DNA of 32,272 nt from a virus. Taxonomy: Duplodnaviria > Caudoviricetes. Location of the stretch: positions 1-32,272 of the IMG/VR virus record IMGVR_UViG_3300025168_000354; one strand, 5' to 3'. Both the position numbers and the translations under genes were made by a program. Below the pieces are notes generated by a model. The model was not told where the DNA came from. It saw nothing but the letters and a program-made list of their open reading frames with translations, and searched no databases. Below are positions 25,140 to 32,272 of the stretch, in pieces; within the stretch, counting starts at the first letter, position 1, and every line of letters begins with the position of its first letter.

Positions 25140-26411
25140 TTATCCCATTTCAAGTTCGTCATGACGTATATCCAAATCTCTAGGGTTGATCCCCGTACTG
25201 TCGTAAACGTAGCGCAACGTATTGCCCTCTTCGATTAGTTCATCTGCATACGCTTGAACGTCAGGATCAGCATCTTTGTAATCAACCGAATTTTTCACCA
25301 TTTCCATCATTTGTTCGATGCCTCCGGGTTTTCCCGCCAGGCCGAATGAAGAGGCTAGTTCTTCCGCTGCGGGTGCGTCGAATGCTGCGGGTGCGTCGGC
25401 CTGGGTTTCAAAGTATTCTTCTGCGGCAACTACGTCTTCCCAAGCCTGACTTGTGCTTTCACCCTTTTCGTTGGCCTTCAAGAACGATCTAGCGGCTGCA
25501 AATACGGGATCATCTGTAATTCCGGCCACTGGACCGACATTCAAAGCGCGGTTAGTGTTTGCTTCAGACCAACCCTTATCACTGGCATAAGCCATCAAGG
25601 CGGCAACTGCTGCTGATTTGTATTCTTCGTTGCTAGGTTCAGTTTGAAGATTACCCAGGCTTGAGGTCAAAGAATAAACCGAATCTGATGCAGAGCCACT
25701 TTGGTCGCCCGCTGCGGGTGCGTCGGCCTGGGCTTCTTGTGCTTGTGCAACCCAACCGCGCATTTCCTCGGCTTCTGCTGCTGTAATATCCTTTTCGTCC
25801 AGCATGTCTTGGATGTCTTCTTCAGTTACATCCTTGTAAGCCTCCGCGATTTCAGCGTCAGCAGCCGCCTTTTGTTCGGCAAGCTGTTGCTTCATCTCTG
25901 CGATTTCTGCATCCATTTTGGCTTGCTCTGAAGCAATGTCATCCGATGCGGGTGCGTCGGCGGCTGCGGGTGCGTCGGCTGCTTCATCAACATCCATTAG
26001 CTCCAAAAGAGCTGCTTCCATTGATTCACGATCACTCAAATTATCGGAGCCTTCTTCAATTCCATATTCCATCAGCTCTTCTTTAAGAAGTTCGTCTGAT
26101 ATATGACTCATATCGGTGTTATGAATTGTTGCGCCGTCTCGAACCGCCTCGTCAGTTAGTTGAATTTCAATCTTTCCTGAGCCTGTTGACATGACCGGAT
26201 TACTACTGGATTTATCACCACCACCTTGGTCGCCAGCGTCGTTAGAACCGTCGCCGTCGCCGCCACAGGTGTTACCAGGCTGGAAGCCCTTGCTACCTTG
26301 ATCGCCTGCACCACAACCCGACCCGAAGTTGTACTTGTGTCGGTGCTTGGGGTGAATCTGGTGCTGATACTTTGCGGCTTCCGCCTTGGCTCGTCTGCTA
26401 AAGGTACTCAT
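25140..26411 (-). CDS. acidic modular protein, putative internal head (ejected) protein
   Basis: The ATG at 26411 overlaps the portal TGA (the ORF track starts at 26507). Basic N-terminus, CG..GFQPGNTC tag and DAPAA linkers. Confidence 0.72.
   Translation of the reverse strand: MSTFSRRAKAEAAKYQHQIHPKHRHKYNFGSGCGAGDQGSKGFQPGNTCGGDGDGSNDAGDQGGGDKSSSNPVMSTGSGKIEIQLTDEAVRDGATIHNTDMSHISDELLKEELMEYGIEEGSDNLSDRESMEAALLELMDVDEAADAPAAADAPASDDIASEQAKMDAEIAEMKQQLAEQKAAADAEIAEAYKDVTEEDIQDMLDEKDITAAEAEEMRGWVAQAQEAQADAPAAGDQSGSASDSVYSLTSSLGNLQTEPSNEEYKSAAVAALMAYASDKGWSEANTNRALNVGPVAGITDDPVFAAARSFLKANEKGESTSQAWEDVVAAEEYFETQADAPAAFDAPAAEELASSFGLAGKPGGIEQMMEMVKNSVDYKDADPDVQAYADELIEEGNTLRYVYDSTGINPRDLDIRHDELEMG
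25364..25979. repeat. dispersed direct repeats TGCGGGTGCGTCG x5 (DAPA linkers)
   Basis: Copies start at 25368, 25386, 25713, 25947 and 25965. 25384-25405 and 25711-25732 are identical over 22 nt. Confidence 0.92.
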
Positions 26412-28234
26412 TTGGTGTTGTCCTTCTTGGTTTCGTCTAGTTTTTCTGCGTGTCGTTCTGCCCAGGCGGCTCCAGCGCCATCTGGGTCTGAAGGATCTCC
26501 ACCCCAAAGCATCCAGGCGATTACACCCGCCGAAGGATAATCTTCATGTCCCCGCTTTGCTGCTGGTGCGTCAAGGTCTACCCGATGTCTCGAGAAGAAT
26601 GAATGCATACGCTTTACCGTGTCAGCAGACAGGTTATCTTTATTCTTGATGTTTCTAGCTCTTGCTACGCCTATAGATGTGCCGCCTCGGCCATGCTCCT
26701 CTCGAAGCTCAAGACCCCGTTCGGCAAGTGAAGCCATCTCGTCCGTTGGCTTGTAATCATCTTCCTTCTGCATCTCTGTCTTAAGAGCGTAGGTGTATTT
26801 CTTGAATGCCTCGCTTCGGGGCTGTCCGCCGCCAAGCAACGCTTCCAATGGGTTCTGTTCCTCTTGGCCTGGTGCAGCCATTTGCTCTTGCTGCTGTTGA
26901 CTCGAGAGAACCGGCTCCCCCTCTTCGGGTTCAGTCAGTCCAAGGATCTCGCGTGCTTGTCGCTGCGATACCTCGCCGCCCATCTCAACGAATCCGCGCA
27001 CAGCTTCCATGAACTCATGCGGATCGTTCTTCTCGAGCGAGAACTCGAATCGGGGCTTGTAGGCCGTTTCCCCGAAGTTCATTTCGTGGTACTTCCAGAC
27101 CAGTTCCCGCGTGAGGGTGTCGGCAAGGTTCATAGCGTCGGCACGAACCATCCGCTTGAACGTCTCGGCGTGCTGATCGCCTACCGATGATCCAAGCCCG
27201 GTCGATGTGGCTTCGGTCGTTGCCGTCTGCCCAATAATCAGTTCCTTGATCTGACCGGCCAAGTAGCCTTCGATCAGGTCCGCAAACGTCTTGGCGTTCC
27301 CTGCGTTCGGCTCCTGAACCTCAATTGAGTAGGCATCTCGGCTCTCGCCTGGTTGCCGTGGAATAACCACCGACACATCGCCAACGAGGTTCTGCAAGAC
27401 CTCTTCCATCACGTCCTTGGCAGCGTTGTTGCCGTCCGGGTAGGTTCCGACTCGGATACCCATGCCATACCGCTCAATCCAAGTCATCCAGAACTGGAGA
27501 GCGGTTTGCTTCATCATCCAGTAGAACCAGACCGTATCCCTGATGCCACGGCCTGAATAGACGTATGCGGCTTCTTCTGGTTCTTCGTAATCCGGTCCTT
27601 GGCGCCCATGAGTGTGAAGAACGACCAATTCGCGTTCCTCATCGTCGAGGGTGTGAACCATGCCGTAAGGCCCGGTTTCCTTGTCCCCCTCGTATTTCAG
27701 GCCGACGTACATGGTCAGATCGCCGTATGTGGTGAACGCCAGCGTGTCAGAGTGAATAGGCATCCACTCGCCTGGTACAACGAATCCCTCTCTCATTTCC
27801 GGCGTCACCTGGACAGCAGCAGGTCCGTACCAAACAGCGTCAAGCAACGCCATGAAGAACTCAAACGGCTTGTACAGGTTGGTCTTGAGCAGCTTCTCGA
27901 GGGTAGCCGCCTGTTCGACCTGTACCGGATCGTTCTCGTCTTCTGGCTTGATCTCGTATTCGAGCAGGGCTACCGCTGATTGTCGCTGGTAAAGCGGTCC
28001 CATCACGTCCGGGTCACGTCGCATCTGTCGCTGAAGCTTGCGATCCTTGCGCAAAGCCATGTCAGAACGGCGAAGTACCTTGGTGAAGTGACTGATGTAG
28101 GAGCGTTGAAGCTCAACTACGGACGCGAATGGCGGTTCAACCACTGCGCGGGGATTTTCGTTTGGGACGATCTCGCCGTCTTCTGTCTTGGCGAACCGCC
28201 CCTTATCATTACGCGCTTGTTTTGGGTTTGCCAT
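26408..28234 (-). CDS. portal protein (DUF935 / Mu gp29-like) with an extra C-terminal domain
   Basis: M.RDP.V...L.QR..AV, LLDAVWYG, W..WIERYG, I.ELIIGQT.T, GLGS.VG..H and D...L..TL...LV motifs. Confidence 0.9.
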   Translation of the reverse strand: MANPKQARNDKGRFAKTEDGEIVPNENPRAVVEPPFASVVELQRSYISHFTKVLRRSDMALRKDRKLQRQMRRDPDVMGPLYQRQSAVALLEYEIKPEDENDPVQVEQAATLEKLLKTNLYKPFEFFMALLDAVWYGPAAVQVTPEMREGFVVPGEWMPIHSDTLAFTTYGDLTMYVGLKYEGDKETGPYGMVHTLDDEERELVVLHTHGRQGPDYEEPEEAAYVYSGRGIRDTVWFYWMMKQTALQFWMTWIERYGMGIRVGTYPDGNNAAKDVMEEVLQNLVGDVSVVIPRQPGESRDAYSIEVQEPNAGNAKTFADLIEGYLAGQIKELIIGQTATTEATSTGLGSSVGDQHAETFKRMVRADAMNLADTLTRELVWKYHEMNFGETAYKPRFEFSLEKNDPHEFMEAVRGFVEMGGEVSQRQAREILGLTEPEEGEPVLSSQQQQEQMAAPGQEEQNPLEALLGGGQPRSEAFKKYTYALKTEMQKEDDYKPTDEMASLAERGLELREEHGRGGTSIGVARARNIKNKDNLSADTVKRMHSFFSRHRVDLDAPAAKRGHEDYPSAGVIAWMLWGGDPSDPDGAGAAWAERHAEKLDETKKDNTK

Positions 28235-28241
28235 ACGAGAG

Positions 28242-28251
28242 ACTATATCGG
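28242..28251 (-). promoter_or_regulatory. -10 element of a putative leaderless portal transcript
   Basis: CCGATATAGT on -, with TATAGT 7 nt before the ATG and no SD sequence. Confidence 0.45.
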
Positions 28252-28319
28252 GCTACGGCTCCGATTGCATCCCGATTTTTTACCGTAAAAGTCCGCCTGC
28301 CAACCGTTGCCGGTCGCTG

Positions 28320-29726
28320 CTAGGCTCCGTATATCTTGCCAAGCCCAACACTTCGTTCAATTCGGTTTGGTTTCGCTGGAGGTTTGGAAGATGAAGCCAG
28401 GTCCATCAAGTCAATACAGGCGTCAACACTATCGTCGTGAGCTGCAATCGGAAAGGTAGTCATTTCGTCAAACAACGCATCAAAGGTTGGCATTCTTTGT
28501 CCTTCGCTTTCCGGGAAGTGAAGACGCCCCCCCTCCACAAACGCTTGCCTGGACGCCGCTCGAGTGACCTTATCCGTAGTTCGTTTAGCTGGCATGATCG
28601 GAAACCTCGATGTTTCGTTCATTTGCTGTACAAGCCCCTTTTGAGGCCCGTTAGCCTCTCCTATGGCCCTAACAACGCCGTGATGGTTGCATAGCCCCAA
28701 AGCTCGCCTGGAGAAGTCTGGGAACGTCGCCCGGACCCTGAGCATGTCAACCAAGTACAGATGATTGTTGGAGCTAAGCCAGGCCACCAGGCAAACGCTG
28801 TAATCGGGGTCGCCTCCAGCTCGTCTATCGCTAAATGCGAAGTCAAAGGCAGCTACCATCTCCCCATTGTCTGGTTTAGCCTGGTGATCGTAGTAGCTCG
28901 AGACGATCCAATCTCCGCTGAAGATCATAGTTTCAGCACTAATCGGAGACAGCTCGAACGCTCGACCGAACGCAACAGGGCCGATTTCCTTCCTAATGTC
29001 CTCTAGCAGCTCTTCTGTGATCTCTTCAGGCCAGGGAGATACAACGCCCTGGACCGGCACTCGAAGCAATGAATCGTCCTCTTCGTGCTGCTTTCGCCAA
29101 TCTGCGGTGATATCGTCAACGTGGTAGCAAGTGCCGATTTTCCACGTTTTTGGCCTCTTACCCTGCGTAAAGTCCCGCATGGGAAGCCAGTTGTTGTTCC
29201 AGAACTCCTTGACCTGTTCGCGCAATGACGGCTGCTGAATAGAGTTTCTAAGGTCACAAATATCGTCAGCCAGGAGGATGTCAGCTCGTCCACCAGCTCG
29301 ACCGAAGATGCCCTTAGCTTCCATCGTGCTGTCACGCTGCCAGGAATCGCAATGCACCTTGAAGTCGGTATTGCCCCAAAAGTCCTTAACTGGCTTGATC
29401 TCGGGGAATACTGCCTGGAACTTCGGCGATTCTATGATGTTCTTGACCAGAGCCGTTGTCTTGGAAGCGTCCCGGTCTGACTGCTGGATGTACTTGATCC
29501 GCACGTTCGGGTTCTTACCGATCTCCCAGGCACACCGTGCGGCCATCTGAGACGTTTTACCGTGTCCACGGGGCAACTCGATGTAGCAATTGTCAAACTG
29601 CTCTAGGTGGTCGTGTAGGCGTTTGTGGAGCCTAGCCTGGTCAAAGCCCAGAACGTAGGTACAGAACCAAGTAGGGGAGATCCTACACAGGGCTAGTACG
29701 TCGTTCTCGTCGAGCTGCTTAGTCAC
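28320..29726 (-). CDS. terL: terminase large subunit
   Basis: Walker A PRGHGKT, Walker B ILLADD, nuclease motifs AFDFA, DYS and HDDSVDA. Probable GTG start at 29726 (the ORF track starts at 29771). Confidence 0.93.
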   Translation of the reverse strand: MTKQLDENDVLALCRISPTWFCTYVLGFDQARLHKRLHDHLEQFDNCYIELPRGHGKTSQMAARCAWEIGKNPNVRIKYIQQSDRDASKTTALVKNIIESPKFQAVFPEIKPVKDFWGNTDFKVHCDSWQRDSTMEAKGIFGRAGGRADILLADDICDLRNSIQQPSLREQVKEFWNNNWLPMRDFTQGKRPKTWKIGTCYHVDDITADWRKQHEEDDSLLRVPVQGVVSPWPEEITEELLEDIRKEIGPVAFGRAFELSPISAETMIFSGDWIVSSYYDHQAKPDNGEMVAAFDFAFSDRRAGGDPDYSVCLVAWLSSNNHLYLVDMLRVRATFPDFSRRALGLCNHHGVVRAIGEANGPQKGLVQQMNETSRFPIMPAKRTTDKVTRAASRQAFVEGGRLHFPESEGQRMPTFDALFDEMTTFPIAAHDDSVDACIDLMDLASSSKPPAKPNRIERSVGLGKIYGA

Positions 29727-30282
29727 ATTCGTTTCCCCAAACGCTCCAGCCGTCACATTTATTTCTTGCAAACAACTCTATTCTTGGCCTGTCCCCGTAC
29801 AAAGATACAATTCGATCCCTCGTCTCATCTGGCTTTTTGCTGTGTTTTCCTCTTGGTGCAAGTATGACCTGAGAAACTTTTGCGCTCTGAAGCGTAAATG
29901 GGCGACCCCTTTTATTTGTCGAAGCAAACAAGCATAACTCTGTTATTGGCTTTGTTGATGTTGGCGGGACGCCTTGCGCTCCAATAATACCGCCGTCTTT
30001 TCTTGTCTTGACCCAAACAAACGCAACACCCCGGTAGTGCAGTCCCCAAGCGGATATTGCTTCAAGTGCTAAATCTAACCTTGGGCATGTTGCCCACACA
30101 AAGAACGCTCCTTGCTTTGAGTCTTGCAAAAGCGTCTTTGGATTCATCTTGCAAATTTGTTCCATTGTCATCAAATCGTAATGCTTGCCAGCAGCAGCAT
30201 TTTTGTTTGGATCGCCGTACATAGGCCACGGAGGGTCTGCGTACACAACATCATATTTTCCAAGATGATTGCTACCAAACAC
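29719..30282 (-). CDS. MT-A70 family N6-adenine methyltransferase
   Basis: YDVVYADPPW, HY..M....I, FVW.T, AWG..Y....FVWVK, TE.CL, HSKKP and RIELFAR....GW.VWGNE. Confidence 0.92.
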   Translation of the reverse strand: MFGSNHLGKYDVVYADPPWPMYGDPNKNAAAGKHYDLMTMEQICKMNPKTLLQDSKQGAFFVWATCPRLDLALEAISAWGLHYRGVAFVWVKTRKDGGIIGAQGVPPTSTKPITELCLFASTNKRGRPFTLQSAKVSQVILAPRGKHSKKPDETRDRIVSLYGDRPRIELFARNKCDGWSVWGNECD

Positions 30283-30284
30283 GA

Positions 30285-30560
30285 TTAGTCATCCAGATCG
30301 TCCATGAACATCGGATTGCCTGTTTCAGCGTACCAGGCGACCGTGTTCGTGTAGAACCAGTCCAACGCCTCTTGGTACTCCATGCCGTCACGATCCATCA
30401 AGATACGAATGATCTTGGCCGTCGAGTAGATCGCCGCATATCCGTAACCAGGATCATGGGCCGTGCCAATAAGCGCGTCCTCGAGATCCGGGAAAACAAC
30501 TATGTCAGCGTCTTCAACTGATTTTTTCATGCTCCACACCTTTCGGCGCTGTAGCGCCAC
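30285..30560 (-). CDS. conserved hypothetical phage protein
   Basis: EDALIG...AIYS..KII.ILM.RDGM...EA..WF..N......NPMF pattern. Alternative ATG at 30530. Confidence 0.72.
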   Translation of the reverse strand: MALQRRKVWSMKKSVEDADIVVFPDLEDALIGTAHDPGYGYAAIYSTAKIIRILMDRDGMEYQEALDWFYTNTVAWYAETGNPMFMDDLDD

Positions 30561-30567
30561 CCCTGGC

Positions 30568-30921
30568 TTAAGCTCGTCGCTTTCTCCTGCGTATCGGCAG
30601 TAAGGCTACCCCAAATACAGCCAAAGTGCCGGGAGCTGGTGCGATCACTTCAGTCAGGTTTGAAGCACCTGATTTGAAGGCGTTAATCGAGTCCAGCCAA
30701 TCGACCAGGCTGTCCAATGTTTCTTTGCCAAAAATGACCCCTATCGCCACCGCAATGATGGTCAGCGTAAATACACGCTTGTCCAGCTCTCGAATCTTCT
30801 TATCCTTGGCCTGGGTGCTTTTCTTGCAGTTAAACAGGTCTGATTTGAGCTGGTCAACCTCTTTGTTTTGGCAGTTCGGACAATCGCCCCTGGCTGCGTT
30901 CTTTGTTCCCCCGGATTCCAT
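30568..30921 (-). CDS. membrane protein with a PEP-CTERM-like (PAP) C-terminal sorting signal
   Basis: CPNC, coiled coil, TM helix, then IAPAPGTLAVFGVALLPIRRRKRRA. Confidence 0.75.
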   Translation of the reverse strand: MESGGTKNAARGDCPNCQNKEVDQLKSDLFNCKKSTQAKDKKIRELDKRVFTLTIIAVAIGVIFGKETLDSLVDWLDSINAFKSGASNLTEVIAPAPGTLAVFGVALLPIRRRKRRA

Positions 30922-30924
30922 TGT

Positions 30925-31314
30925 CTAATCTCGCCATTCGTCGGTTTGCTTCGCCAGGCGGGTCAAACGCTCCATATCGTCTTCGGTGAATAGTGGGCCT
31001 CCATCATGACCAGCTAGACGGTCGGCAACCCTTCCGTCAATTCGCTCGAGGATCATATTGAAGAACTTGTAATCGCCGTCCAGAGCTTGAGCTAGTGCCT
31101 GGGATACTAGCTGCTGTACGATGTCGTCCCCACTCTCCCCATCAGCTAATCGACGCTTCAGCTCGGTTTCGATACTGACCGTCCCTTTTGGCCTACCACC
31201 TGGATTCCCCGATTCGCCTGGCTTGAATCTGTACGGCTGTAGCCAGGGCTGCTTATCGGTTTTCTCGAGGTCGCCGTTTGTACTGTTGTTTTTGTGTTCT
31301 TCAGTATTGCTCAT
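30925..31314 (-). CDS. terminase small subunit-like protein (DUF5681)
   Basis: L.PYRFKPGESGNPGGRPKG, A..GD......ILERIDGRV and G.DGGPL. ATG at 31314 (the ORF track starts at 31323). Confidence 0.78.
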   Translation of the reverse strand: MSNTEEHKNNSTNGDLEKTDKQPWLQPYRFKPGESGNPGGRPKGTVSIETELKRRLADGESGDDIVQQLVSQALAQALDGDYKFFNMILERIDGRVADRLAGHDGGPLFTEDDMERLTRLAKQTDEWRD

Positions 31315-31321
31315 AGCTGCC

Positions 31322-31327
31322 ACTATA
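31322..31327 (-). promoter_or_regulatory. -10 element of a putative leaderless TerS transcript
   Basis: TATAGT on -, exactly 7 nt before the ATG at 31314, with no SD sequence. Confidence 0.45.
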
Positions 31328-31335
31328 ACGTCCGA

Positions 31336-31623
31336 TTAGCCGTTTTCACCCTTTTTTGGGTCATCAAGCTTTGGTACGTCTTTGATGGTTTCAATGACTG
31401 CCCCGCCTTCAATTGCAATAACAGCATAGACGCTCCTGGCGACCTGCTCCCATATGTCCTGATATCCGTCTTTCAGGTCTTTCCAGTCGGTAAATTCTGC
31501 GCCGTACCTAACCTGCATATTCGTAGCGAATGCAAGGTAGGACGCTTTTGCCGATGTCCGTATCAGGCTGTTTGATGGCCCCGGAAGATGGGCGTTGTGA
31601 TGCAGAATCCGTCTAGGTTCCAC
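31336..31623 (-). CDS. hypothetical protein
   Basis: 95-aa ORF packed between its neighbours; W..L....Q..WE..AR motif. Confidence 0.65.
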   Translation of the reverse strand: MEPRRILHHNAHLPGPSNSLIRTSAKASYLAFATNMQVRYGAEFTDWKDLKDGYQDIWEQVARSVYAVIAIEGGAVIETIKDVPKLDDPKKGENG

Positions 31624-31626
31624 TCA

Positions 31627-31764
31627 TTACCCTTTGCCGCCCTCTTTAGGGCATTTATCTTTGCAGTTGCGTCGAAGCTTGCACATGATCCATTTGAAAT
31701 AGCCAAGTTCGCTAACAGCAATACCACCGGCAACGCTAATCAGAATCATCCAAATATCGCTCAT
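31627..31764 (-). CDS. small membrane protein (45 aa, not in the ORF track)
   Basis: MSDIWMILISVAGGIAVSELGYFKWIMCKLRRNCKDKCPKEGGKG. ATGA overlap with the upstream stop; GGAGTG RBS. Confidence 0.6.
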   Translation of the reverse strand: MSDIWMILISVAGGIAVSELGYFKWIMCKLRRNCKDKCPKEGGKG

Positions 31765-32272
31765 TTGATTTCACTCCGTTTGAGTTTCTTCCGTGCAGCT
31801 TCGTAGGCTGGATCGGATGTACGTCGAATTGCGACGGCTTCACGTTGAGCCATCTCATTGTTGTTATCTAACATTTTCAGGTCGGCTTCGGCTGACCGCA
31901 TCGTAGCCTTGGGGATAAACATGCCCAACGACCACACGACGCGCTTAATCAGCATTCCCAGGCCAGTTTGCCACAGGAGTACGATTACCCCGATGACGAT
32001 ACCGGCAATAGCCAGGTTGCTCATCAGACGCGCCCACCAGGGGGTCGAATCCTCTACCCGGTGCAATGACGATTGAATTTTGATCGTAGCGGCCTGGATC
32101 TGGTCTTGTTCCGCGATGATTGAGCTACCCAGCGTGACTATCTGGCTTTGAGCTTCCATAGCCACAGAATCGGCTTTTACTGACTCGAGAGCCTGGGTAG
32201 CCTGGGCAAGCTCAATTATCTGCGTAGCAGATCGTTTTGAATTTGCAGCCTGGACGTTGACGCTTTGGGCTG
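31761..32272 (-). CDS. membrane/coiled-coil protein, possibly lysis-related (5'-truncated by the window edge)
   Basis: The frame appears open to the window end. Coiled coil, then PWW and a TM segment. Confidence 0.6.
   Translation of the reverse strand, partial: AQSVNVQAANSKRSATQIIELAQATQALESVKADSVAMEAQSQIVTLGSSIIAEQDQIQAATIKIQSSLHRVEDSTPWWARLMSNLAIAGIVIGVIVLLWQTGLGMLIKRVVWSLGMFIPKATMRSAEADLKMLDNNNEMAQREAVAIRRTSDPAYEAARKKLKRSEIK

Noticed and set aside
25364-25979. CRISPR-like or mini-array reading of the TGCGGGTGCGTCG repeats
   Set aside because: The repeats are short, irregularly spaced (18 to >300 nt), in frame within a gene, and no cas genes are present.

Overview
This window is a fragment of a tailed dsDNA phage or prophage genome, and nearly all genes lie on the - strand. 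In transcription order (right to left) it contains: small membrane proteins, a TerS-like DUF5681 protein, a membrane protein with a PEP-CTERM-like (PAP) tail, an MT-A70 methyltransferase and TerL. A Mu-like head module follows: DUF935 portal, a repeat-segmented acidic protein, a MuF protein with an internal ADP-ribosyltransferase-like domain, protease/scaffold, decoration protein, major capsid, and gp36-like and gpG-like neck proteins. Next is a sheath-less tail module with a -1 frameshift chaperone, a short tape-measure-like gene and a protein that is ~10% Cys. Then come a metallophosphoesterase, an HExxH peptidase, and an early replication/recombination module (ERF, SSB, HTHs, DUF1376 initiator, DnaC-like loader) bracketed by a perfect 30-bp inverted repeat. 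I recognised no integrase, transposase, endolysin, tRNA or CRISPR array. A Planctomycetota-type host is inferred weakly, from the PAP-CTERM tail and GAAAGG-type RBSs. The most promising unexplained system is a putative capsid-cargo system. Two head-operon proteins share a CG-x7-GFQPGNTCxGDGDG tag in front of unrelated payloads, the ART payload is bounded by TYAK...TYAK, the second payload is built from DNA-repeat-delimited modules, and the protease carries a copy of the capsid N-terminal peptide. All family calls come from recognising motifs by eye; no searches were run.
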